From: Lepidodermella squamata
Taxonomy: Eukaryota; Animalia; Gastrotricha
Direction of reading: 5' to 3'
DNA: 64,000 nt
NCBI GenBank assembly: GCA_047495785.1
Contig: JBLDXI010000032.1
Coordinates: 248,001-312,000 of the forward strand
The notes below the pieces were generated by a model. The model saw nothing but the letters and a program-made list of their open reading frames with translations. It ran no database searches and was not told the origin of the DNA. A program made the position numbers and the translations under genes. Positions 12,628-24,095 of the stretch are shown here, in pieces (within the stretch, counting starts at the first letter, position 1; every line of letters begins with the position of its first letter).

Positions 12628-14640
12628 ATGGCGATGACTCTGGCGCAAGATGGCGAGATGGTGTTGTCGCGGCGGCTTGAAGCAGATCAAAGCAAGCAGG
12701 CAACGGCTGTCACCGTTCAACCTGTTGCCGCGGCGAGTGGAAGTAAGCATAATAATAATCACACGCCGGCAGATGCCGGGCCGCGCGATGACCAGCGCCA
12801 GCCGTTATTGCTGGCATCATCACAGCCGCCGCCGCCGGCATCGGCAACAGTTGCTGCATCAGTTCCTGCTCCACCCGCTGAAACATCACCTGCTCTAGAA
12901 ACAAGTTTGCCAAATGCGGGCGCATGCGAAAAAATCGGTGAGCTGATTGCTGAATTTATAAATATCTCAATATCTTTTATATAAAAATCGGTTTTACATA
13001 GGGAGGGACAAAAATAAGTTTTCTATTCACACGTCATATTCCGGATTTCATAAATAAAATTTAAAAATTCTACGAATTTGATTTTTTGCGCTATTATAAA
13101 AAATGCATTAATTTTAATTTTCAAATATAAAAAATTTGTCAATTTTTGTCACTTTCTTAGTTTGAATTTGGTTTCGCTGAAATCACACATTTATTAGTCT
13201 ATCTTTGGCAACTTTGAAGTCGAATTTTTCCTTTTTTTATTTTAATTGTAATTTTCCTAAATTTAGCCAGCGATAATGAAACCAGCGAGGACTCTGAGGA
13301 TGAAGATGAGTCGGAGGACGAAGCCTTACCGCCGCAGTTGTCCCACATCGGGCTAACTCACCGCCCATTACCTGGCAATATCGCCCTTCCTCAAACTCTG
13401 CATGCATCAGCATCAAGCTCAGCACCCGCCTTGATGCCGCCTCCGCCGCCACCGAACGATCAAAGTTACTATCAATACTACTACAATTACTACTACAACC
13501 AACAGGTGCAGTCGGCGAATTTAGCTACGCCGCACGTGGCGCCGTCGCCCCTCTCGCCGCTTGGCTTCACGTTCGACCAGGCGCCTAATGCTTATAGTGG
13601 CTATCAACAGCCTTATTCTGGGTATAATAACGGCAATTACCCGGCACCGGGCGACATGCAGCCGACTAATTACTACTACGACCAATATCAATACCCGAGC
13701 TATCAATATCCAAACTTCTCAGGCGCAACGAATTTCTATCAGGTAATTTTTAGAATAAAAATAAATAAATTAAATTTCACGAGATTTTTCTTAGGGTTCA
13801 ACTGCGGATACAACAAGTGGTAACGCGATGGGTGTGAGGTCGGATCTTTCTGCAACGAAAGCGAAGGGAGTTGTAAAAAACCAGCCAACCGTGACGGCGG
13901 CCACCCGAAAGAGGAGGGGAGGGGGTGTCGTTTCATCTCGAGCTGCCAGGTCAAAATCAGCAAAGACCAGCCCTCCGGATTCGAAGCCTAAACCAGCCCA
14001 ATCTGTTACAACTGGTGCGGAGAATTCGGAGCTGGCTGAAAGCGATCAGTCGGAGAGTAGTGATAGAAACAGCTCGAAGCCTCAATCGCAACACCGGCGG
14101 CGCATAGCTACCATGGAACAGCGCCGAGCTGCTAATGTAAGGGAGAGGAAGCGAATGATGAACCTGAATGAATCATTCAACATCTTGCGGTCTCGAGTCC
14201 CAACTTTTGCCTATGAACGTGAGTTTCAGCAAATTAAAAAAAATAGTTAAAATATTTACAATTTAAAATCGTGAATTTGATGAAAGGCATGGGTTTCTAA
14301 AATCCAAAAATATTTACCTGATTTTGAAAAAAATTGATTAAATTTAGAAAATTAACTTAAATAGCTTTTTAGAAAATGATTCGTTTTTTCAGGAAAATTG
14401 TCACGCATCGAAACTCTTCGCCTTGCGATCATGTACATTCGCTTCATGACCGATATCGTAGTTAATGGCAAGCAGCCGAATGAGATTCAACTAGCCGTGA
14501 CTACACCCTCCCAACACAACCGCCAACACATTCCGAAAGGCTCGATGTCAAGCCGATTAAATGACGATGACTCATCAATGTCCTATTCTTCCTCGTGCCA
14601 ATCAACTCCGATGAAAAAATCTTCTCAAAATTACCGATGA
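12628..14640 (+). CDS. ferd3l: bHLH transcription factor, Fer3/NATO3 (FERD3L) type, ~485 aa (exons 12628-12937, 13267-13742, 13795-14218, 14393-14640)
   Basis: [41 protein letters not shown]|[19 protein letters not shown] matches the FERD3L/Fer3 bHLH ([22 protein letters not shown]); phases consistent; AATAAA at 14678. Confidence 0.88.
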
Positions 14641-14741
14641 AATTGCGGCGCAGCTTTCTCTAAGTTATATTACTAGCAATAAATAAACAAGGCTGAAAGA
14701 TGATTACTGAAAATATTTCAAAAGTTTAATTGCACTTCTTA

Positions 14742-16310
14742 TCAGACAAAAATCACTTCGAGGTACAGGCAGGTTTTTGATTGAAATAATTTCACAACTT
14801 TTTCGTCCGAATCAATAGCGCCGTTGCCGTATAAAGCGGCGCGTTGTGTTGTTCCCACTTCGTAGAGACGATAAATTTTCAGCGCGGGAGGATTCTGGCG
14901 GTAATAGGCGTGGTAGCTAGGTCGCCGGCCGATTTCATCCCGCTCTCTCGTCCATATTGGCCAATAGCCGTCCGGGGTCGATGATTTGAAAGATTCAATT
15001 ATGAGTTCAAAAAGTATATTAAGACTATTCAGAGGTTTTGAAGAGTAAATTTCCAAGTAATGAAATAATCCTCGCTCACGAACGTGAAATTTCACAAGTT
15101 CACAAGGCGAAGTTGGATTTTTCTCAAGGCCCACGGCCTCTTTGTCAATTGAGCAATAGCATATATCATTTCGCAATTCCTGGCTTCGAATCCGATCAGC
15201 AACGTGGATACAAAGCCGGCAACTTGAGTGGACAATCGCAAGATCGATTAGGGCGAGAAATTTTTTAGACGGCCCTTTTTCCTTCCATAGTAACATGTTC
15301 GAATATGCCTCGTCATTTTCAGCTAAATCTCGCATAATTTGAGCGACCTGATCCACCTCGTCCAGCGATTTGAGGTGAATTATCGAATTTTCACTCGGTT
15401 CATAGTCGCGAATATTTGGGGCGCCTATCACTATTGGGACCGTGCCTTCAACCAGGCTTTGATAGAATTTTTCCGTAACGTAATCTAACTCATTCGAATT
15501 TTCAAAGGCGAAATGGAATTTGTATCGGCCTATTATTTCCTCCTTCGAGCCGTTATTCGGGTAGATTTTCGGTTCTGAGAAACACGAGCCGTAAAAATCA
15601 GCGAGATTTGCGTCGATTCTACGAAAATCAAGAGCCGCCTCCAGGCGGAAATTCTGCGCGTGGCAATTTGAAATGAAAGCCGTCGCGAGTGGGTACAGCG
15701 TCTCGTATTTAGGCCGGACAGGTTTCATAAAATCGTGTAAAACCCATGAATAATACGGCACTGGTACGTCGCTGTCGAGGCGAGTTGTCATGACAATATC
15801 AACCAGTGATTTCGCGTAATTCAGCTCAGTGTTCGGGAAGTAGGCCGGCGATTCCATAGATCGAATGACGGAGAATCCTCTGATCTGCCGGTCATGGTTG
15901 AATTTCTCCGACAGTAAGTGAAGTTCGACAAATGAAGCGTCGAATTTAGTGACGAAAAAATGCGAAAAATTCGCTGAAGCGTGACGCCTCCGCTGGGGTG
16001 AAGTTAGGGCGCTCGACGGGTAGTGGAAACACCCGACAGCACAGTCGATCTCCTTGACGTCATCTACATCAGCGCCTCCGATGAGAACGGGTGATTTCAA
16101 AAAATCACGACCTCGCGACGATTGCGCGCCATAATTAAGGTGGACGCATTTTTCGAACGCGTCACGCGCTGTTGGCTTTGGCCGGTGTGATAAGTAGCGA
16201 TTTCTGATTTCAGTATCGGTTCGATTCGAGTATTGAACGTAGATGAACAGCTGGAGTGAAATTGCTGTTGCGAAAATTGCAAAGTAAAACACCCGTCTTC
16301 GCCTGGCCAT
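14742..16310 (-). CDS. GT10 alpha-1,3-fucosyltransferase resembling plant core N-glycan FucT, intronless, 522 aa
   Basis: Type II membrane start MARRRRVFYFAIFATAISLQLFIYV; MES, AFISNC, YKFHFAFENSNELDYVTEKFYQSL and VPIVIGAPN motifs; C-terminal VHSSCRLC..HVRERG..TQR.ALY..C..LEV.FV extension. Confidence 0.93.
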   Translation of the reverse strand: MARRRRVFYFAIFATAISLQLFIYVQYSNRTDTEIRNRYLSHRPKPTARDAFEKCVHLNYGAQSSRGRDFLKSPVLIGGADVDDVKEIDCAVGCFHYPSSALTSPQRRRHASANFSHFFVTKFDASFVELHLLSEKFNHDRQIRGFSVIRSMESPAYFPNTELNYAKSLVDIVMTTRLDSDVPVPYYSWVLHDFMKPVRPKYETLYPLATAFISNCHAQNFRLEAALDFRRIDANLADFYGSCFSEPKIYPNNGSKEEIIGRYKFHFAFENSNELDYVTEKFYQSLVEGTVPIVIGAPNIRDYEPSENSIIHLKSLDEVDQVAQIMRDLAENDEAYSNMLLWKEKGPSKKFLALIDLAIVHSSCRLCIHVADRIRSQELRNDICYCSIDKEAVGLEKNPTSPCELVKFHVRERGLFHYLEIYSSKPLNSLNILFELIIESFKSSTPDGYWPIWTRERDEIGRRPSYHAYYRQNPPALKIYRLYEVGTTQRAALYGNGAIDSDEKVVKLFQSKTCLYLEVIFV

Positions 16311-17153
16311 ACAAAAAATCAGTTTTTCCGGGATGATGTCAAGCAACCATGCCGTAAATAAATTCGAATAATTAGTCGTTATAGCTAAAAATTGAACACC
16401 TGCGAGCCTCAATTTCGGCGGATAATCCGCATCATAATAACGCAGAGCCGCAAAATCACCCCGAGCGCGGATTTTCTAGAGCGTGGCTGATTAAATCGAT
16501 GAATATAACTGGGAAAAATACTGTTTTTGCTAATATAGCGCGTTCCAAGATTTTTGCACTTGTCGATGAATGTTTAGCACGCTGTCCAACTTTCGATACA
16601 GCTAATAGAGAGCCAATCCTACCAATTATTTTTTGCTGGCTCAATCTTCACTGGGGTATGACGGGTAGTAAATATTCCTTCGATTGCTCTTGAATAATTA
16701 TTAGCCAACAAAATATTTAACCCCGATGGATACAAATCAAATAAGGGAGCAGACATTTACATAGCTCTGGATTTCGTTATTGACTGCGACATATCGTCAA
16801 GGTATTAGCAGGCATGCTCGGGCTCGGCATTACAATGGATTTTATCACACGCGCATGTAATATGGTACATATCAAATGTTGGGTAAATATTGATATACGG
16901 TATATTTAGCTGTTTTATTAACTGCGCGGCTTCTCTTTTTCGGCGGCATAAATCGGCTCCAAATACTTGAGTTGGCTAAACAAACAACCCGAAATAAAGG
17001 AGATGGAGAATCTGATACCGCTTAAACCCGGTTAACAAGTGTTTTTGCCAAAAATAGAAAATCGAAAAAACAGGCCAACATTGCACAGATTTTATTACAA
17101 CTCAATGTTTCGAACCCCAAATTCTTAAATATATGAAAAATCCATTTTTGAGT

Positions 17154-18770
17154 TCAAATTTTGTATTTGATGAACAATTTCTGATCGATGGTTTCCGGCT
17201 TTCCAGTGACATGTCGTTCGATACACTCGTTGACGAAAAGACCAAGCGGGTCCACTTTCGATCGAATCGCCAGAAATTTGTCCCAATGCGGGTAAAGGCT
17301 TCGAAGCTCATCCGGAGTCAGTTTGAAATACTGGAAAAAAATTGAAAAATTAATTTAATTTAATTTAAATTTTTTTAATTACTTTAGCCCAATGAGGCCG
17401 TCCGCCCAGTGAGTACATCATAGATTCGTATTTTTGCCAATATTCCTCTCGTAAGGGAGGTTCAATGCCGTAGGGTCGAAACATCAAAATGTTGATGTAG
17501 CAGACTTCTTGGTAGCCAGAAGCGGGAGACAGATAGACAGGACCATCAGGCCCGATAAATCGAATCTCGACTGGAAAATGAGCCCGAACACCTGGGCTCG
17601 AGCAAATTTTCTCCAGCTCAGTCAAAGCAATGGCAGCTTTAGACCTAAAATAATTTAATTTTGAAAATATTTCTATTATTTTTTTTTAATTTTACCTAGG
17701 TATCGCCCATTCGGATACATGCTGCTTGAATAAGCAATCGTAGTTGAATACTTTGTAGGAAATATCCTCCTTAACTTTCCTTTTGCTGAACAACAACGTG
17801 AAAAACAGCTGATTCACGTAAGGGACAATAAATGGGAAGTAGACCGCAAAAAGCAGTACAAACTCGAGAAGATAAAAGCCAATTAGCCTATCCCAGAAAT
17901 AGTTGTTCAGTCGAGATAACAAATCAGGGTCAGCTTTCTCACTCGGCGCTGTGATCGATTTGACCCGGTAATTTCGGATGATTGACACGTTATCCGTATT
18001 AGGGAACCAACACAGCCGGACATGGTCGGCTGAATCGATGATTTGGTCGAGATTTTTAATGGTTTCCCGCATCGACCCAGGCTCTTCGATGTAGGCGAGT
18101 CGGAACAGGGGTTCGACTTTAAGGGTGACTTGGGTAATCACGCCGAGACAGCCGAGGGAACAAACCGCGGCGAGGAATAGCTCCTGGTTATGGTCCATTG
18201 AACACCGATGAATTTGCACATTTTCCGGGCTATCGTGAGGGCAAATAATTTCTAGTTCCTCAATCTGAAATTTTAGCAAATTTCGAAATTTTCGAGGTAA
18301 AAAAATAACAATAAAAACCATGGAGGAAAAAGATCCGAAATTTTTGCCAGTTCCATGTGTTGCTGTGGCTATTGCGCCGCCTATTGTCTGCTCTGAAATT
18401 GATCCAAGCGACGAAATTGCTAGGTTGTATTTTTCTGATAGGATCGTGTTCAAATCCTCGATAGTTATGCCGGCTTCCATTGTCACCAACCAGCGGTCCT
18501 GATCTACGCTTAGCACTCTGTTCAGTTTGTTGAGGCTGACCATGACGCTATCGGTGCAGTACAGGTCGGAGGGCGAATGGCCAGATCCGACAACTCTGAG
18601 CTTTTTCTTTGCTTGGCACACGTCTTGGACAATCTTGAAAAAATGCGGAACATTCTTCATAAAAAAATTTAAAATAAAAAATCCACCTTAACGACTTGAT
18701 CTTTGCTTTCCGGCTGCAAGTACTGCGAGGGAGAGCAGGCGAATGTCTTTGACCAGTTTGTTTTCAACAT
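17154..18770 (-). CDS. gulo: L-gulono-gamma-lactone oxidase / ALO family FAD oxidase, 468 aa (exons 18770-18687, 18633-18319, 18264-17696, 17644-17383, 17330-17154)
   Basis: NWSKTFACSP start, VVGSGHSPSD (covalent-FAD His), TIGGAIATATHGTG, SLGCLGVIT, HFPVEIRF, GGRPHWAK, DP.GLF.N; four 51-54-nt GT-AG introns, total 1407 nt in frame. Confidence 0.93.
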
Positions 18771-18799
18771 TATTGTGAAATTATTAGCTTAAAAAACTA

Positions 18800-19739
18800 G
18801 GGTAAAGTGACCTAATGTGTCATAATTTCGCTTACTTTTTTTCGCGGCCCGATATCTACTCACCTGATGGGTCCCGGTCCGATTTTTTTTGACAGGGACC
18901 TCACTTCAGGTCTTGGCTTCAATAATCCGTCGACAAAATTTGACCCGAATGCGTATTGTGTGCGTGGCAGCAGGTGGTGTTGCGCAAGAGACCGGTTTTT
19001 AAAAATGGGCAGGGGCTCCTATTGTGTCATAATTTCTCGACGAACGGTCCTAACTGTCATAATGGGGTCTAGAATTATTTTTTTTGCCTGCCTTTATAGG
19101 AGTAGGTAAATCAAGGTCGGCGGATTCGATTATCGTGGTCAGGAGGCCCGAATGTTGCTCGTATGGGCGGCTGCCTCAAGCCGAAAAAGTGCCAAATTTT
19201 GAGTTTTTCCAAAATTTCACTTTCGTTTTATCATCATAAAATCGTCGTAGAGCCATCTAAAATAGATCTGTACATTCAACCGTCGCTAAATAAACACCAA
19301 TGAGTCGCAAAAACGAAAGTGAAATTTTGGAAAAACTCAAAATTTGGCACTTTTTCGGCTTGAGGCAGCCGCCCATACGAGCAACATTCGGGCCTCCTGA
19401 CCACGATAATCGAATCCGCCGACCTTGATTTACCTACTCCTATAAAGGCAGGCAAAAAAAATAATTCTAGACCCCATTATGACAGTTAGGACCGTTCGTC
19501 GAGAAATTATGACACAATAGGAGCCCCTGCCCATTTTTAAAAACCGGTCTCTTGCGCAACACCACCTGCTGCCACGCACACAATACGCATTCGGGTCAAA
19601 TTTTGTCGACGGATTATTGAAGCCAAGACCTGAAGTGAGGTCCCTGTCAAAAAAAATCGGACCGGGACCCATCAGGTGAGTAGATATCGGGCCGCGAAAA
19701 AAAGTAAGCGAAATTATGACACATTAGGTCACTTTACCC
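18800..19739. mobile_element. Foldback/MITE-type DNA element: 430-bp inverted arms (18800-19229, 19310-19739), 80-bp spacer, TA target duplication
   Basis: TA|GGGTAAAGTGACC...GGTCACTTTACCC|TA; identical 80-aa ORFs called on opposite strands (18867+, 19672-) confirm arm identity. Confidence 0.95.
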
Positions 19740-20169
19740 TATGATATTGTGCGTTATGATGGATGTGTGCGTGAAAAAAACCGGAATGATTCACTAAAAC
19801 AAAGCTGCATCGCGTGAACGCATTTTTATCTCACTGTACTTTGCACCTTATTTGATAAGACAATGGTTCGATCACCACAAGGGCGGGGTGCCAGAAAAGT
19901 GACCGCGTTACCAGAACACGTTTTTAACCTAGATATTAAACAGCGGCGATAATCAAATCGGCCAACTTCAGTTCACTTATAATGATCAACAAATGAATAA
20001 AAAAGTTGAATGTCAAAAGGTCAAAAGGGCAGTGAAAAACGCGGAGGCCAAAAGTATTTATGCGGAATTGTTGGTTTATTCGAACGCACTTAGACCCTTC
20101 ACCGAAGCAATATTCTTAATTTGCTGGCATTTCTCTCCTTTTCCTCTCCTCAGCAGAACCAATCTAGCT

Positions 20170-20778
20170 TCACTCTGTTAGGAGGACCCACCGGTAGGTC
20201 GGCAGGGTAGCAGGTCCGGCACTTGCCCCGCAGCTCTTGTACAAGTAACAGGTTTTTTTAGCTTCGTCGTACGCGAAGCCATAATATTTTTCGTCTTGAG
20301 CGCGACCCTTACAATAGGCAATCGGTATATAGTCCCAGACAATTGGCGGTCCAGAGCTTCTGCACTTAAAGTCGATTAGTGTGTAAGGCGCAAATCTATT
20401 CCCAAATAAACCCCCGCTTTTATATGCTAGCATCCATCTGTATGTCGGAATGGTAGCAGTTCTGCTCTTCTCTAAGCAGTCCCTGTAAGCGTAACAGATT
20501 TTTGTAGCTTGGTCGTACGCGAAGCTCGCATACGAGTAGAGATGGGCGCGCTCCTTGCAAGCGTCAATAGATGTATTGGTCCAGACACTTGGCGATTCAG
20601 GGCTAAATCAGGTGTAGTTGATTTGTATGTAAGGCGAGAATCTGTCATCGGTTTCCCCTGTTATAGTAGAGAGATAAGTCAAATCCTTATGATCAGAGGC
20701 TTAACACTAACCCGAAGCAACAACAGTAGCAGCAGCAGACGCAACGAAGGCTATCACGAAAAAGAGCTTGCTAGCCAT
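20170..20778 (-). pseudogene. Small secreted two-domain PAN/Apple-like Cys protein with an in-frame TGA (exons 20778-20712, 20657-20170)
   Basis: Signal peptide MASKLFFVIAFVASAAATVVAS; two C..C..F.YD.A.K.CY.Y..C units; TGA at 20608-20610 falls at the first conserved Cys (INYT*FS vs IDFKCRS, IDYPCRS, IPFACKG). Confidence 0.75.
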
Positions 20779-20827
20779 TTGTTGAGAAAAAAAACAAAAA
20801 TATTCAACTGAATGAAGATATAATAAA

Positions 20828-21300
20828 GGGTGTTGCTATTGGCACATAATTATGTGCCTCTTATTGGCTATTGGCACATACATTATGTGCCCCTTAATGG
20901 CTATTGGCACATAACGCTAATTTCAATTTTCGATGTTTCAGAAATTCATGCATCAAATTGTTCCACGAGTATTGCTATTAGGGTTTTTGTCAACGGGGAA
21001 TCGAATGGCGATATCGAAACTGCAGTCATGGGCCCGCGAATCGGGGTTTCCGTCATCTAATGGGTAGCCCAAGTAGAGTATCTGAGGTCTATCGCACAGT
21101 TACCTGAAATCCGACGATTCCAGTGAATTCGCCGCCTCTAGATTGCTAATGCAAGGTTGAAATGCTGGTATCTGAGAATTAAACTCCCGAAAAAAGCAGT
21201 TGAATGAAAAATGTTATGTGCCAATAGCCATTAAGGGGCACATAATGTATGTGCCAATAGCCAATAAGAGGCACATAATTATGTGCCAATAGCCACACCG
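20828..21300. mobile_element. MITE with ~87-bp subrepeated TIRs and 9-bp TSD (Mutator-like)
   Basis: TIRs built of GCTATTGGCACATA units (20828-20914, 21213-21300); TATAATAAA duplicated at 20819-20827 and 21301-21309; absent at the homologous site upstream of the 24792 paralog. Confidence 0.9.
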
Positions 21301-22404
21301 TATAATAAAAATGAAATGAACTCACGAAGTCGGCGTTCAGTTTCTTCCTATTTTCTATCAGCTGCTTGCGCGCGGCGCGAGTCAAAAGTTTGCTCAAGTT
21401 ATACCGCAGACTGGTCTTATTTCGGACGGAGTAATTTCGGACACTATTTAACTGGTCTTATAGTTTGCTCAAGTAATATTCCCGCGAAGAATGTCGATAC
21501 TTTTAATTGACGCATATTAGCAGGAATTTTCTACTGTGAAAGTAAATACAATAGCCTATCAAACCTCGAAACCCTCAGTGCTTTGATCATACCGCGGAAA
21601 GCAGCTGACAGAGAATAAACATTCCTTAATAGTAAAATTTTGTCCTATACTGTAACAGTTTTATTTCGGACAAAAACGTGCTTTCCGGCTTCGTTTATTA
21701 AGGTGAGAGCGAATTATTTTGACGCGCTTTGCGCCAAAAGATGCGCATTGAAAACTGCATATCCTAGTGTTAATCACCGTAAAAATATACGTTATCCTGC
21801 ACAGGTTTCCACTGGTAACTGACTCGGCTAATTTCGGAAAAACTGGGGTAATTTCGGACAGCTCGGTGTGAATATTCAGATTGGGGTCAAAGTTCATAGT
21901 AAAGCGAGATAACATTTGTGAGCAGATTTAACTCTCCAAGGCCAAGGAACGTATATACTCAAACTGCGACTTTTCTCCTTAAATTCTCATACTTTCCGAA
22001 TTTTCCGGACTAAAAGTTTGGCAGTTTTAGATAGCCCTCCGAGCTCCTCAATTGCGAAAACGGCCGCGTTAATTACGTAACACAGGTGAGCGCGCAAATC
22101 ACGCGGTCGGATGCTTTATGTGTATACTCAATCAGGAATTTAAGCCATTCGACTCGATGGGTGCCAGCAAGATGCACTCAGTTTGGTTTAAAATGTTCAA
22201 ACTAGTGCCAATACAGGTTTCTATTGACGTCGCTCATAGGCAATTGGGCGAAAAATATCATGAGACGTACCAGGACGCAGCGGCTTCGAAGCTCCCGTTA
22301 TCCGAGTTTGCGTGGCGTGTTTAGCATAAATGTGCTTAATAATTACTTTCGACTTTCGATGACAAATTTTTTATTTTATTAAAATTTCTAATTGAAACGA
22401 AATA

Positions 22405-22863
22405 GGGTGCCAACTTTCATACATAAATATGTATGAAATTTTTAACATTCATACATATTTATGTATGACAAGATTAACTTTCATATATATTTTTTTTCAT
22501 TACATTCAAGCTGAAAACAATAGGGAAATTCCAGATGACAAGTTCTCGATTTATGTATAAGAAAAACGGTGTTCCGAAAGCGTAGTCAATTTTTTCCGCA
22601 TGAAAATGGTTATTGGGGAAGCGCAAGGGCCCAAAAATCGAGTTTCGGAAAAACCCGAAACTCGAACTACCTTAACCCTAACCTTAACCCTGAACCCTAA
22701 CCAAACCCTAAACCTAATCCTAACCCGAACCCGAACCCTGGCACCTAAACCTAACCCCTAACCCCAATTCCTAATCACAGTTTGGCTAAAAAACACGATT
22801 TAATGAAAAAGAATATGTATGAAAGTTAAAAATGTCATACATATTTATGTATGAAAGTGCACT
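22405..22863. mobile_element. MITE-like element with ~55-bp TIRs carrying degenerate (CCCTAA)n repeats at ~22670-22775
   Basis: GTGCCAACTTTCATACATAAATATGTATGAAATTTTTAAC mirrored by GTTAAAAATGTCATACATATTTATGTATGAAAGTGCAC; internal CCTTAACCCTAACCTTAACCCTGAACCCTAA... Confidence 0.8.
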
Positions 22864-23302
22864 TCGAACAAAGTATCCGATCTTTTCGCGACCCCGCCGT
22901 TTTCTTCAAGATCAAGATCTTCAGGCCACTGCAAAAAACCGATCTTTGCGTGATTTTCGTGATTTTCATGAATGAGGTTTTTTGCTGGTCGCAGAAGAAA
23001 AATAACGATCGCTGCTAATGAGGTTATTTTTAGCCACAACAACCTTTGGACCTTATTAAAAATCGAGGCGCCGCGTCCTGGTACGTTTCATGTATTCAAC
23101 AGCGGCGAATCCAATAGGTCAACCTTAGTTAAATTTTATTTATTATTACTCATGAAAAAAAAGTTGCAGCAAAAACACACGAGACCGTCAAAATAGTATT
23201 TATTCGAACGATTTTCAGTCACCCTTCTAGTATTATTCTCAACTTGCTGGCATCTCCTCTTCTCCTTTTCCTCTCCTCAGCAGAACCAATGTAGCTTCGC
23301 GA

Positions 23303-23775
23303 TTATGCCCTCGCGATTAAGTAGGTCGGCATGGTAGCAGGTCCAGAAATCCTCGTGCAATCAAAGTATGCATAGCAGATTTTGTCGGTTTGGTCGTACG
23401 CGAAGGCAGTATACTCTTGAGTCTGAGCGTGCATCTTACAAGTATCTATCGACGGAGTATCGAACCAGTGTTTTGCGGGTATCCTACTTCTGCAGGGGTA
23501 GTCGATTTTTTTGTAAGGCAAGAATCTGCTCTCACCCTGGGCTGCAGGCGATTGTATCAGTCTGTAAGTCGGAAGGAGAGCACGTTCGTCATTCCCTGCG
23601 CAGTCCGGGTAAGCGTAGCAGGTTTTTTTAGCTTGGTCGTACGAGAAGCCCATAAACAGGAAGGCTTTAGCGCGCGCGAAACAACTGTCAAACGATGGAG
23701 TATCGGCCAAGACAGCCGCTGGTACAGAGCCTTTACAGGCGAAGATGATTTTCTCGTATGGATAGAGTGCTGGGT
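23303..23775 (-). CDS. Intact two-domain PAN/Apple-like exon (paralog of the 20170 gene) with no adjacent signal-peptide exon
   Basis: ORF 23303-23791; CTACTATAACAG acceptor at 23776 as in the 20657 paralog; phase 1; 3' UTR homologous to that of the 20170 copy. Confidence 0.7.
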
Positions 23776-23849
23776 CTGTTATAGTAGACAAATAAAAATA
23801 AACATTAGCAGAAAACTATGCGATATGCAGCCTGTTTCGAGGTAATCAC

Positions 23850-24095
23850 GGTTCGCACGAGTTGAGCCTAATTGTGTTACCCTACAAATTAGATCTGAAT
23901 CTTGACCAATTCGAAGAAGTATACCCCGAATAACACGGTCCAAAACGTTGAAGCTGACGATGAAAATGATTCTAGTGACGGGCTTTGAATAATATAGAAA
24001 ATTTGAGCCGAAAATTGATTTTTTTTATCGAATATTGCGAGCGCAAAAGGCTAAAGCTACCTAACTCTTGAGCACAAGTTAATACGGCCTTGTTC
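23850..24095. repeat. Dispersed repeat, second copy at ~29981-30497
   Basis: GGTTCGCACGAG.TGAGCC..TACAAATTAGATCTGAATCT.GACCAATTCGA and GAAGAAGT.TACCCCGAATAACA..GGCTTTGAATAAT..GAGCACAAGTTAATA are shared. Confidence 0.85.

Noticed and set aside
16311-16412. Longer N-terminus for the fucosyltransferase given by the ORF track
   Set aside because: It starts at a non-ATG codon; ATG 16310 gives the expected short basic tail plus TM helix.
18867-19672. Two identical 80-aa ORFs on opposite strands
   Set aside because: By-product of the inverted repeat arms; no recognisable protein.
20828-21300. Regularly spaced GCTATTGGCACATA repeats resembling a CRISPR array
   Set aside because: Only three units per arm, inverted about the element centre, flanked by a TSD, in a eukaryotic context with no cas genes.
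21410-21870. Scattered ATTTCGGAC motifs suggesting a pogo-like TIR
   Set aside because: No matching inverted end or TSD could be defined.
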